IMG/VR virus record: IMGVR_UViG_3300021400_001692
Coordinates: 1 to 64,000 of that record
DNA length: 64,000 bases
Reading direction: 5' to 3' (one strand)
Origin: a virus
Lineage: Duplodnaviria; Caudoviricetes
The notes under the pieces are model-generated. The model saw nothing but the letters and a program-made list of their open reading frames with translations. It did no database searches and was not told the origin of the DNA. Made by a program: the position numbers and the translations under genes. This document shows, piece by piece, positions 52,121 through 61,040 of the stretch (position 1 is its first letter; every line of letters begins with the position of its first letter).

Positions 52121-52864
52121 ATGGTTAAGCAGCCTGCGCCTGTCAACGCGCAGTTCAAAGTTGACGACATCGACCTTTGGAAGCAGTACAAGAAGTCGCA
52201 TTCCAATGTTGACAGGGACGCCCTCCTGAAGCGCTTTGACAGTCTGATACAGACGCAGGTGAACAAGTGGGCCGGCCCTGTGCCGCGCCAGGTGCTGCTT
52301 ACCGAGGCAAAGCTGCTGGCCATCAAGGCGTTCGACACATACAAGGAAGGGCAGGGCGCTGCCCTTGGCACGCACGTCGTCAACAATCTGCAGCCTCTGT
52401 CCCGCGTGGTGTACACGTACCAGAACTCCATGCGCCTGCCTGAGAACGCCACGCTTAAGATGCACGCCTACAACACGGCCAATGAGAACCTCAAGGCGTT
52501 CTACGGCAGGGCGCCAACCACGGACGAATTGCACAGCGAGCTTGGCTGGACTACGAAGGAAATTTCGCGCATCCGCGACTACGCGCACAACAACCTGATG
52601 GAATCAGGCCCAGAAGTTTCCGGCGACTTTTTCAGCAAGCGCGATGACGATTCCGACGTTATCCTGGCTGGCATCTATGCCGAGCTGCTGCCCGATGAAA
52701 AGACGCTGTTCGAGTTCACCACTGGCTACAACAACAGGCCGAGACTTTCCAACCCGGAAATAATGAAGCGCCTGCACATTACGCAGTCGCAGCTTTCCTA
52801 CAGGAAGAAGCTGCTCACCGACAAGATCAAGTCCATAGAAAAGAGGTACAACGTCAATGGCTGA
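52121..52864 (+). CDS. Phage-encoded sigma-70-family RNA polymerase sigma factor
   Basis: Region 2-like AIKAFDTYKEGQGAALGTHV, region 3 YGRAPTTDELHSELG, region 4 HTH LSNPEIMKRLHITQSQLSY. Confidence 0.85.
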   Translation: MVKQPAPVNAQFKVDDIDLWKQYKKSHSNVDRDALLKRFDSLIQTQVNKWAGPVPRQVLLTEAKLLAIKAFDTYKEGQGAALGTHVVNNLQPLSRVVYTYQNSMRLPENATLKMHAYNTANENLKAFYGRAPTTDELHSELGWTTKEISRIRDYAHNNLMESGPEVSGDFFSKRDDDSDVILAGIYAELLPDEKTLFEFTTGYNNRPRLSNPEIMKRLHITQSQLSYRKKLLTDKIKSIEKRYNVNG

Positions 52865-53243
52865 TCCGCAGCCGGGGTACGGCACCGTAATATCGCTTAT
52901 CGACCAGACGAACAGTACGGTTTCCGGAGAGGCGGATAAGGAATCCATCCACGCGGAAACCCTTTTCGATGGTGAAAAGAACACAGACCTTGCCAACAGT
53001 GGGTTTGCCTATAACAAGGACCATCCCCGGCTATATGGCGAGGAGATGGCCGTGCGCAGGGAGTACAACTTCATGCAGGGCGTTGCCCGCACGATGGCCA
53101 TCTACAACATGACGCGCGGCGACCTCTACGGAGAGCAGCTGAAGAAAGCTAATGCTCAGCGCAAGGCTGCACTGCAGGCCGCAAAGCAGGATTCGGCCAA
53201 GTGGCGCTCCATAGGCGACAAGGTGCGCAAGGGGGAAGCGTAG
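52857..53243 (+). CDS. Hypothetical protein
   Basis: 128 aa coupled to the sigma gene. Confidence 0.7.
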   Translation: MADPQPGYGTVISLIDQTNSTVSGEADKESIHAETLFDGEKNTDLANSGFAYNKDHPRLYGEEMAVRREYNFMQGVARTMAIYNMTRGDLYGEQLKKANAQRKAALQAAKQDSAKWRSIGDKVRKGEA

Positions 53244-53701
53244 TGGATTTTTCTTTTTACATCCTGTCCGGCGAGCGGAGGCTGCATAACAACCTGTACC
53301 GCCAGTATGCCATAGCCGATGTTCCGGATGCGGAAACGGCTACTGACGACCTCCGCATTATATGCGGCAAGGTAATGAAATTTCTCCTCACATATCGCGG
53401 TACAGATCCGTACGACCCTGACTATGGGGGCATTGCCCTGCATCGTACGCACATATCAGAGAGCCTGCTTCCGGAAATACGCAGTGAGCTGATGGACGAC
53501 ATAGACAGGTGCCAAAAATACTTGTGCGCCGCTGAAACGGAACGGAATGCTGTTGAAGGGCAATATGCTCACGAAAACATACGCAGCATTTCCCTTGCAG
53601 CCCTTGATTACGACAGAGAGGCAGCTGCCGACAGGATTGAGGTGCACATACTTATAGTAACAGATCGCAACAATACAGCTGTCATAGAGGTCACGTCATA
53701 A
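53243..53701 (+). CDS. Baseplate wedge protein (gp25/gpW-like)
   Basis: GTG start overlapping TAG; KFLLTYRGTDPYDPDYGG motif. Confidence 0.75.
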   Translation: MDFSFYILSGERRLHNNLYRQYAIADVPDAETATDDLRIICGKVMKFLLTYRGTDPYDPDYGGIALHRTHISESLLPEIRSELMDDIDRCQKYLCAAETERNAVEGQYAHENIRSISLAALDYDREAAADRIEVHILIVTDRNNTAVIEVTS

Positions 53702-55974
53702 TGTCAGAAATATTTGTTACCCGTGAAGCGCAGCGTAGGGCTGAAAATCTTATTACGCAATACCTGCGCAATGCTGGCTATGATGGAAGCCTGGAGGACG
53801 GCACTGGCTTATATGATGTAGTCATACGCCCGGCTGGAACCATCTATTCTATGTTCCGGCAGGATTTGAAGAAGGCGCATGCCTACATGAGCCTTCAGGG
53901 TGCTGAGGATGTGCGTTCCGCCCTTACTAAGGACGAATATGATGACGCCGTCGACAGCATATTATCTAACTGGTTCATTTCCAGAAATGAAGGCATAAAG
54001 CCTTATGGGTACGTGCGCGTTTGGTTCTCTGAAGCCATGGATTACTGGGCGTATAGTGACGGCGACCTGGTAGCTACCTATGGCGGCGCTTCTCTTATTG
54101 CAAATATCAAGGAAATATACGGAGAGGACACTAAAGCTTGGGGCTCACGTGACTTTAAGGAGCTGGTTAACACTACAAGCAATGCGTTAGAGTATTATAT
54201 TGATGTTCCCGTTACCAGCTCTGAAGCCCTTGATATAACTATAGACGCAGACACTGTGCTTTCCCCGAACCGCACGGACGTCCGCCTGCTTAGGGCTACC
54301 GCTGCGGCTGCGTTCTCTCCAGGAACAGACATTGAGTCGTCGGATCATTTTATTGAGCGGGCTAAGGACGCCATTACTACCAGGGAGCTGATTACTTACA
54401 GGGCTATAAACACAGTCTTGCTGGATACGTTCCCAGGCATCATAAACCTGTATACGGCAGGGCATGGCGTAGCCGAAATGATAAGGGACGTGGTAAATTT
54501 TAACGGGGTTGCCGCGCACGTAGGGAACAAGGCTGATATTTGGATGGCTTCGCCGCTGGTGGAGTTTGTTGAAACATGCCCCGTTACGGTAGACGATGAT
54601 GGTGTCGCGCATATTACGCTTAACTCCAGCCCTGCACACCTATTTTCTATTACAGATGATTATGCGTCGGAATGGCTTGTTACGGAAGGCGACCCTGATT
54701 GGGAAAGCAACATTTCAAACTACCACTTTGTTGAAGATAGTGGTTCAGGGTACGTAGACGTTGTCCAGTGGGTATATTCCGGGGAAGAGCAAGAATCCAC
54801 GGCAGCCGCTTCCGAAGATTCGGAAACGGTTCACGTAGACCAAGGCATTGTAACTACGCAGTTTTTGCACAAGGATGGATTTGAGATCAGCGGAAACGCT
54901 CCGGCGGACAGCTATAATGCGTATTCCGGAAGACTGCTTACCGGCGTAGGCAAAGACGTAAGCTCCGTATTTACTGATAGCCTGCCGGCCACCATAACTG
55001 TCGGGGCATCCGAACCGGCTGATATTACGGTTGCGATAACAGGAGAACCTGTGCAGAGCAGCTCCACGGCTGAGCTTACTGTCATGCTCGAAGCCCCTGT
55101 TTCTGAAGACGCAGAGCTTTCGTTTTCCCTGGAAAGCACTGCTTATACGGTGGCAATAGAGGCGCAGGCGTCTTCAGCGACATTTACCGCCGTTGTTCCA
55201 GACGCTCCAGACGTAGACGTTTACCAGGACGGGACCCTGCACTTCTTTAGGTTTTTTGACGAGGCCGGGGTTTTAGACGACTACAACGAAGACACGGCGC
55301 TGCCGCAGGCCTACGATTCTGAGAACATCCTCATTGCACGCTTGCTGCGCACCGGAAACAAAAACATCGACTACACTGCCGTAGTAAATGAGTTTTACTG
55401 GCTTGTTCCCGGCATAGGAGCGCAGGACATACGGTTTACGCTTCCTACGCTTACGGACGGCGAAAAGGAAGAGCTTGGCGACAGCACACGTACGGTAACG
55501 GTTCGCGGCCTCACTTCCGGGACTGCAAAAGAGGCTGAAGAGTTTGTATTTAACAGGGCGAACTGCGTCGCCTCATTTGATCCGCATGTGAAGATGAAAA
55601 CGCCTGTTGTGCTTTCCTTCCTGCTAAACATAAAGTCAGAGGTCGACGACCCCACAGACGCGGACAAAATTATCCTGCAGGACGACGTGCGCAGTTCCAT
55701 AGCCTCCTATATAAATCAGATAGCTTACACTGGCGAACCTTACGCGCAGTCGCAGCTGGTAAAATATGTGCATCAGCATACTTCAGACCTGGCCCGCATA
55801 GAAATGCCGATTACTTGCACCGCAACCATGTTCAATATGCTTACTGGAAAGAACGAAACATTCTCCGTAGGCAATACTTTTGCATTGCCGGAAGGTACAT
55901 GGTCTAAGCAGGTTACAGAGAATACGGTGCAGTTCTACACATCGGCTGACCTTATCAGCGTGACGCTCATCTAG
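53701..55974 (+). CDS. Baseplate wedge protein (J-like) with Ig-like insertion
   Basis: 757 aa; GTGLYDVVIRP and GTDIESSDHFIERA J-like motifs; follows the gp25-like gene. Confidence 0.75.
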   Translation: MSEIFVTREAQRRAENLITQYLRNAGYDGSLEDGTGLYDVVIRPAGTIYSMFRQDLKKAHAYMSLQGAEDVRSALTKDEYDDAVDSILSNWFISRNEGIKPYGYVRVWFSEAMDYWAYSDGDLVATYGGASLIANIKEIYGEDTKAWGSRDFKELVNTTSNALEYYIDVPVTSSEALDITIDADTVLSPNRTDVRLLRATAAAAFSPGTDIESSDHFIERAKDAITTRELITYRAINTVLLDTFPGIINLYTAGHGVAEMIRDVVNFNGVAAHVGNKADIWMASPLVEFVETCPVTVDDDGVAHITLNSSPAHLFSITDDYASEWLVTEGDPDWESNISNYHFVEDSGSGYVDVVQWVYSGEEQESTAAASEDSETVHVDQGIVTTQFLHKDGFEISGNAPADSYNAYSGRLLTGVGKDVSSVFTDSLPATITVGASEPADITVAITGEPVQSSSTAELTVMLEAPVSEDAELSFSLESTAYTVAIEAQASSATFTAVVPDAPDVDVYQDGTLHFFRFFDEAGVLDDYNEDTALPQAYDSENILIARLLRTGNKNIDYTAVVNEFYWLVPGIGAQDIRFTLPTLTDGEKEELGDSTRTVTVRGLTSGTAKEAEEFVFNRANCVASFDPHVKMKTPVVLSFLLNIKSEVDDPTDADKIILQDDVRSSIASYINQIAYTGEPYAQSQLVKYVHQHTSDLARIEMPITCTATMFNMLTGKNETFSVGNTFALPEGTWSKQVTENTVQFYTSADLISVTLI

Positions 55975-55982
55975 GAGGCGGC

Positions 55983-57788
55983 ATGGCATTCCTGGACTAC
56001 GATAAAAGCAGCGTCGAGCCTGGCCTCAGCGCAGTATTTGAGCAGCTGTATTTTCAGTCTGTGCAGACCGGCGCCGTAATGACGGGCCTCAGCAGCTACT
56101 GGAACGAGAAGTATGCCAACAGCAACGCCGAAGTAACCGGGCTTACCGGCAGGGAGGCCATAGCCCAGGCTTCCGCAGGGTACATGTCTGTTTTGTCTGG
56201 AGCGCGCACCAGGCTGCTGGAAACGATACTCCGCGCCAATATTCACGATGCTCCGGTAAACGAGCGCCAGCCTTTGGAACTGCTTTCCTTTGCGGAAAAC
56301 GACTGCGAAATCAACGAGTCGGCCGGAACGATAACCTTTACGGATACTGGCGTTCAGGACATAGAGTACCTTACTTCCCAGCTGTTCGAATCTGACGTTG
56401 TGCTTGTCAGGGGTACGCACTTTACCGTAGATGCCGCCGCAGGAACGGTTACCTTCCTGGTCGACATATTCAACGACGGCGACATATTCGACAACACGTT
56501 CCGCGTAGGCGTTTACCCTAACAGGCAAGTGCTTCTCTGGGGCTGGAACGTCACGGTGTTCAGCACGCACCTCTACGACCGCTACGGGCGCTTTTTATAC
56601 GGCAGGCAGCCGGATTCCATGCACTACAAGTGGATGGTAACGGCGCTGATGTACTACTACGCCAACCAGAAAAGCCTCACGGATATGGAGGCCGTGCTGA
56701 ACATACTGTACGGCGCAGCGTTCGCCCTGCACGACGGCGAGGTTGTGCAAAGCATCGAAACGGTAGGCGATGACAACGAATCCTACTACTCCGTGAAAAT
56801 AACCACGGACGAGCGCGAATACATATCGCACGGCTTCGCAGAGCCTCAGGTGAAGGTTGGCGACACGCTGAAGCAGTACCAGCTGCTTACCAAGATGAAC
56901 ACTGTGGACGACTGGATTACGCTCGAGGCCAATCCGGAACGCTTTATTACGGGCGACACCTCAGGGATGTCCCATGAAGAGCTCGTGCACAAGGCATACG
57001 AGTACTGGCATGTTCCTTCTGAGCTAACCGATGGCGAAGTGCCGGTAGATACGGCTGTTGCGCTGATGGAAAACGTGCTGAAGTACAACATGCTGTTTAT
57101 CCGCGTGACAGTGTCCCTGCTGACGTACAACTCGTTTCTCGCCCAGGAGGCGGAGATACGGAAGCTCGTGCAGTCGGGCATCCCCGTATACCTGTTTCCG
57201 CTGCTTACCGTGCAAATTGTCGACCGCATGTTCGACAAGGTCGACTCGGACGACGAGTTCGCCTTCGTCGACACATACGGCATAGAAGACCATGCCTTCA
57301 CAGAGGACAATCTCTACAACGGCGAGCGCACGTACAATGGCGACGCCTGCCTGTACCATGGCAAGGATTCCTTGCCGCACCGCGTATACTACGACGGCGA
57401 GCACTCCTACAATGACCAGCGCGTGCATAGCTGGTGGTGGTCGCCGGAGCAGCACTACGATGGCACATACAACTACGGCGTGTGCTTCAACAGCTTCCAC
57501 AACGGCGGGCGCGACATATTCCGCATGGACACCATCGGCTTCACCATGGAGGACAAGTTCGAGTTCTCCGACGCCTCAAAGGACTTCAGCACGCCCATAT
57601 TCTACGACGGCCGCTACGTGCACGAGGGCGGCGGGCTGCGCTACGGCAATTCCGCGGTTGTGATGCCTGAAATGGAGCACCATCTGACGTTCACGTTTGT
57701 CGAGGAATCCCCAATCGACGACGATTTCGCGGTTAGCGAAGGCACCCTCGGCATGCTCCGCGCACTCCGCAGAAGGGCTGTAATTTAG
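55983..57788 (+). CDS. Baseplate wedge protein (I-like) with YDG-type repeats
   Basis: 601 aa; follows the J-like gene; C-terminal YNG/YDG repeats. Confidence 0.6.
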   Translation: MAFLDYDKSSVEPGLSAVFEQLYFQSVQTGAVMTGLSSYWNEKYANSNAEVTGLTGREAIAQASAGYMSVLSGARTRLLETILRANIHDAPVNERQPLELLSFAENDCEINESAGTITFTDTGVQDIEYLTSQLFESDVVLVRGTHFTVDAAAGTVTFLVDIFNDGDIFDNTFRVGVYPNRQVLLWGWNVTVFSTHLYDRYGRFLYGRQPDSMHYKWMVTALMYYYANQKSLTDMEAVLNILYGAAFALHDGEVVQSIETVGDDNESYYSVKITTDEREYISHGFAEPQVKVGDTLKQYQLLTKMNTVDDWITLEANPERFITGDTSGMSHEELVHKAYEYWHVPSELTDGEVPVDTAVALMENVLKYNMLFIRVTVSLLTYNSFLAQEAEIRKLVQSGIPVYLFPLLTVQIVDRMFDKVDSDDEFAFVDTYGIEDHAFTEDNLYNGERTYNGDACLYHGKDSLPHRVYYDGEHSYNDQRVHSWWWSPEQHYDGTYNYGVCFNSFHNGGRDIFRMDTIGFTMEDKFEFSDASKDFSTPIFYDGRYVHEGGGLRYGNSAVVMPEMEHHLTFTFVEESPIDDDFAVSEGTLGMLRALRRRAVI

Positions 57789-57792
57789 CTGG

Positions 57793-57810
57793 CAGCCCAT
57801 GCAATATTTA
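57793..57810 (+). promoter_or_regulatory. Putative late promoter (CAGCCCATGCAATATTTA)
   Basis: Motif in the intergenic gap before the fibre-base operon. Confidence 0.65.
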
Positions 57811-57844
57811 CTAACAAAACCTTTGCAAAGGAAGTTTCATAGAT

Positions 57845-58339
57845 ATGAGCAGCGCCACAGATAAAGCCAAGCTGCGCGGCATTTTCAGCATGCGCGTGCT
57901 TGACCGCTCCGGCAATGTGCTGGAGGAGTATGAAGATAATAACATGATCGTCAACGGGGCCAAGCAGGCGATGTCCTTCCTTGTCAGTGATGCCAGCCAG
58001 GCTGCGAACAAGGTTGTCACGCGCATCGGCTTCGGCACCGACACCACGGAAGCCCAGCCCGAGGACGAAGCCCTCGGCAACGAGATTCCGCCTGTTGACG
58101 TGCCGGAGGGGCAGACCGTTGCCAGCGTGCGCAAGCAGCTTACCGGGCACTCCTATCCGAGCACGGACAGGGTGCAGTTCAACTGGGCGCTTGCCCCTGC
58201 GGAAGGCAACGGCAGCGACATCTGCGAGTTCGGGCTGTTCACGGAAGACGGCACGCTGTTTGCCCACAAGGTGCGCAGCGGCGTCGTGCACAAGGACGAT
58301 TCGATGTCCTTTGAGGGAACCTGGACCATTCTTTTCTAG
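57845..58339 (+). CDS. Tail fibre attachment/collar-like baseplate protein
   Basis: 164 aa; NMIVNG, RIGFGT, GNGSDICEFGLFTEDGTLFAHKV motifs. Confidence 0.65.
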   Translation: MSSATDKAKLRGIFSMRVLDRSGNVLEEYEDNNMIVNGAKQAMSFLVSDASQAANKVVTRIGFGTDTTEAQPEDEALGNEIPPVDVPEGQTVASVRKQLTGHSYPSTDRVQFNWALAPAEGNGSDICEFGLFTEDGTLFAHKVRSGVVHKDDSMSFEGTWTILF

Positions 58340-58347
58340 GGGCGGCC

Positions 58348-59646
58348 ATGTATCTTAAAGAGCAACCATACTGGGAGCCGGGAATCTACCGCATCGAGCC
58401 GGAAGATCCCATCCTGGGCGGCGAGTTCGGCATAGACAACGTGCAGGCGCGCCAGCTGGCCAACCGCACGCAGTACCTGCTCCGCTGGTTCCTCGCAAGC
58501 CACGACGCAGGCGGGCATCATGCGCTGAAAAACGCCGACGTGCTTGCCAATGCAGGCATCCCCGAATCCCGCGTGGCGTTTTCCGACAGCACGGCGTCCG
58601 TGAAGCAGGAGCTTGATTCCCTGCTTGCCCGCCTTGCCGCGCTGGAAGCCATGCTCGACAAGATCGGAAGCCTTTCTGGCAGCGGGGTGCAGGACCTCTA
58701 CAAGGCCGAGCTTCTGTCGTGGTACTACGGCAGCCAGGGCTTCGACTTCTGCCTGTTTACGGACCAGTTCAACTTCGATGACAAGAACTCCGGCCCGTGG
58801 CACGTTTACAAGGCCGTGGCTGGCGACGACTCCATCGACATCCGCATTGCGGACGACGACCCCAACCGCCCGAAGTCTGGCGAATGGTACCTGATGACCT
58901 TCAGTGACATCGAGCACGAGCCGATTCCGGTTTTGCTGAACTACGACCTCCAGCTTGAGCGCTTTGTGCTTTCCGAGCCGCTGCCCGTGAGCACGAGCGA
59001 CGCCACGCTGTCCCGCACCACATGGATAACCACCATCGGCAACGCGTATTCCGAGGCCGGCGGCGTATTCATGTCGCGGTACATCGAAACCGTAGCCGGC
59101 TACCCTGCGGCGTATGTGACCATCAGGCACACTAATCCCGACGACGTCATCACGCTCAAGTATTACGACGGCGCCTGGCATGATGCGGAGCTGCTTGGCG
59201 ACGCCGAAGGCAGTGCAACTTGGCGCGTGAGCACGGACAAGCCTTTCCGCCTTATGGTGAGCACGGCAACTAACGACAACATCACGCTTATTGCGGCGTA
59301 CCCCGATCCGGAATGGCTGGTGCCTGAATTTGTGCGGACTCCCTTCGTGGGCGAAAATTTCACCATCGAGCGCTACGGGGCTGTGTACCACGACCCCATG
59401 GATAAGCTTGTGCTGGAAACTGCTGCCACGGAAGACTTTGCCGGCTCCCTGACATTTGAGTTTTCTGCTGACAGGTTTGCTGAGAACTACAACGACCCCG
59501 TATGGTCGCTGACGTCTGTGCTTTATGATACGCATGAATTTACCGACGGCGACGTAGTGTGGTGGCGGGCCAAGTATTATTCTCAGGCAGGGCGCAGCTC
59601 CAGGTGGACGACGCCACGCGCCGACACGTACACGGAGGTTAGCTAA
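58348..59646 (+). CDS. Tail fibre base protein, paralog 1
   Basis: WEPGIYRIE..DPILGG..G..N.QA.QLANRT fibre N-terminal motif. Confidence 0.7.
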   Translation: MYLKEQPYWEPGIYRIEPEDPILGGEFGIDNVQARQLANRTQYLLRWFLASHDAGGHHALKNADVLANAGIPESRVAFSDSTASVKQELDSLLARLAALEAMLDKIGSLSGSGVQDLYKAELLSWYYGSQGFDFCLFTDQFNFDDKNSGPWHVYKAVAGDDSIDIRIADDDPNRPKSGEWYLMTFSDIEHEPIPVLLNYDLQLERFVLSEPLPVSTSDATLSRTTWITTIGNAYSEAGGVFMSRYIETVAGYPAAYVTIRHTNPDDVITLKYYDGAWHDAELLGDAEGSATWRVSTDKPFRLMVSTATNDNITLIAAYPDPEWLVPEFVRTPFVGENFTIERYGAVYHDPMDKLVLETAATEDFAGSLTFEFSADRFAENYNDPVWSLTSVLYDTHEFTDGDVVWWRAKYYSQAGRSSRWTTPRADTYTEVS

Positions 59647-61040
59647 TGGCTGAAGACATCGCAAGGCGCATGCCGGAAACGGGCTTGTGGCCTGAAGGAA
59701 TATACCAGCTCGAAGTTACCGACCGCGTGCTTGGCTACGAGCAGGAAAAAGACGACGGCGCATACTACGAAGCCTTGATGCAGGAAGAGCCCGGCTACGC
59801 CTACGGCCCCAGCAACACGCAGTGGTACCAGCTTGCCAACCGCACCCGCTACCTGCGCAACCTGATGGAGGTTGCCCACGACAGCGACGGGCATCACGTT
59901 TTGCGCGATGCGGACTTTGTCACCGGCGCGAACATCGAGGAAAGCAAGATTGCCATGGACTACCCCACGGCAGAGCTGCTTGAGGCCATTGAAACGGCTG
60001 GCAGCACCGCGGCTGCACTGGTGCAGGCCATACAAGCCGACAGCGTTTCCGGAAGGTTCCAGCTTTCCTGGGCGCTGCAGCAGCTTCTGCCCGTTTCGTG
60101 GACCATGGGCGGCGAGCGCTGCGCGTTCGACATGTTCGTGGACAGCCTGGCCCTGCGCAATACGAAGCGCTTCCATGTGTACAAGGCCGTTGTGGACGAC
60201 GAAACCCCCATTGGCGACGACTCCATCGACGTTGACGACACCACGGGCCTCCGCCCCGGCGAATGGTATGTGCTGTGCAGCGACAATGGCGAGCAGGCGC
60301 AGTTTGTGCAGGTGCGCGACGTGCTTAACGAGCACCGCCTGCGTATTTTCCAGCAGTCCGTGAACACGATTACGGACGGCTGGCTTCGCAGCTGCAACGT
60401 GCCGGCCAAGGACATGCAGGCCGTTGCTGGCACGAAGTTCTACTACGTTTCCATGCCTGTTGAGCTTGGCTTTGACGACGACGTTGAAATACGCATCCGC
60501 CACGACAAGCGCACCTCCGTTGTTCCGCAGTTTGAAATAATGGAGCCCGGCACGGACATGTGGCAGGCTGCCGGCACTTGCGCCAAGGAAACCTCGTACT
60601 CGTATGAGGAAGACGTTATCGTGCTGCCATCGCTTGAGATGGGCACGCGATTCCGCTTTGTTTACGAGGGCCTGGAAGAGGGCATGAAGTTTACCTCTGT
60701 GTTTCTGACCGGCGTGTACCGCAACGAGTACATCGACGACGTTTTCAGGCCGAGCGTTACCTTTGCCCAAACTGACGGAGAACACATTATACTCAGGGGC
60801 AGCGAATACCTTTCCCTTTATGGCATCGGCATAGCGAAGATGCAGGTGCAGCTGTCCGACAGCTACGACTTCCATACGGTGCTGGCTACGCTTAATAATG
60901 ATACGCCGGAGCCGGAACAGGCTCAGTCTTTCGACTACGCTTCTGAAACGGCTCCGGCGTACGTGCGCATCCGGTATGTGGACTATGAAGGCGCAGTATC
61001 CAGGTGGTCTGCTCCATTTATCATTGACAGGACGGCATAA
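59646..61040 (+). CDS. Tail fibre base protein, paralog 2
   Basis: WPEGIYQLE...QLANRTRYL; GDDSID; C-terminal VRIRY.D..G..SRWS. Confidence 0.7.
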   Translation: MAEDIARRMPETGLWPEGIYQLEVTDRVLGYEQEKDDGAYYEALMQEEPGYAYGPSNTQWYQLANRTRYLRNLMEVAHDSDGHHVLRDADFVTGANIEESKIAMDYPTAELLEAIETAGSTAAALVQAIQADSVSGRFQLSWALQQLLPVSWTMGGERCAFDMFVDSLALRNTKRFHVYKAVVDDETPIGDDSIDVDDTTGLRPGEWYVLCSDNGEQAQFVQVRDVLNEHRLRIFQQSVNTITDGWLRSCNVPAKDMQAVAGTKFYYVSMPVELGFDDDVEIRIRHDKRTSVVPQFEIMEPGTDMWQAAGTCAKETSYSYEEDVIVLPSLEMGTRFRFVYEGLEEGMKFTSVFLTGVYRNEYIDDVFRPSVTFAQTDGEHIILRGSEYLSLYGIGIAKMQVQLSDSYDFHTVLATLNNDTPEPEQAQSFDYASETAPAYVRIRYVDYEGAVSRWSAPFIIDRTA

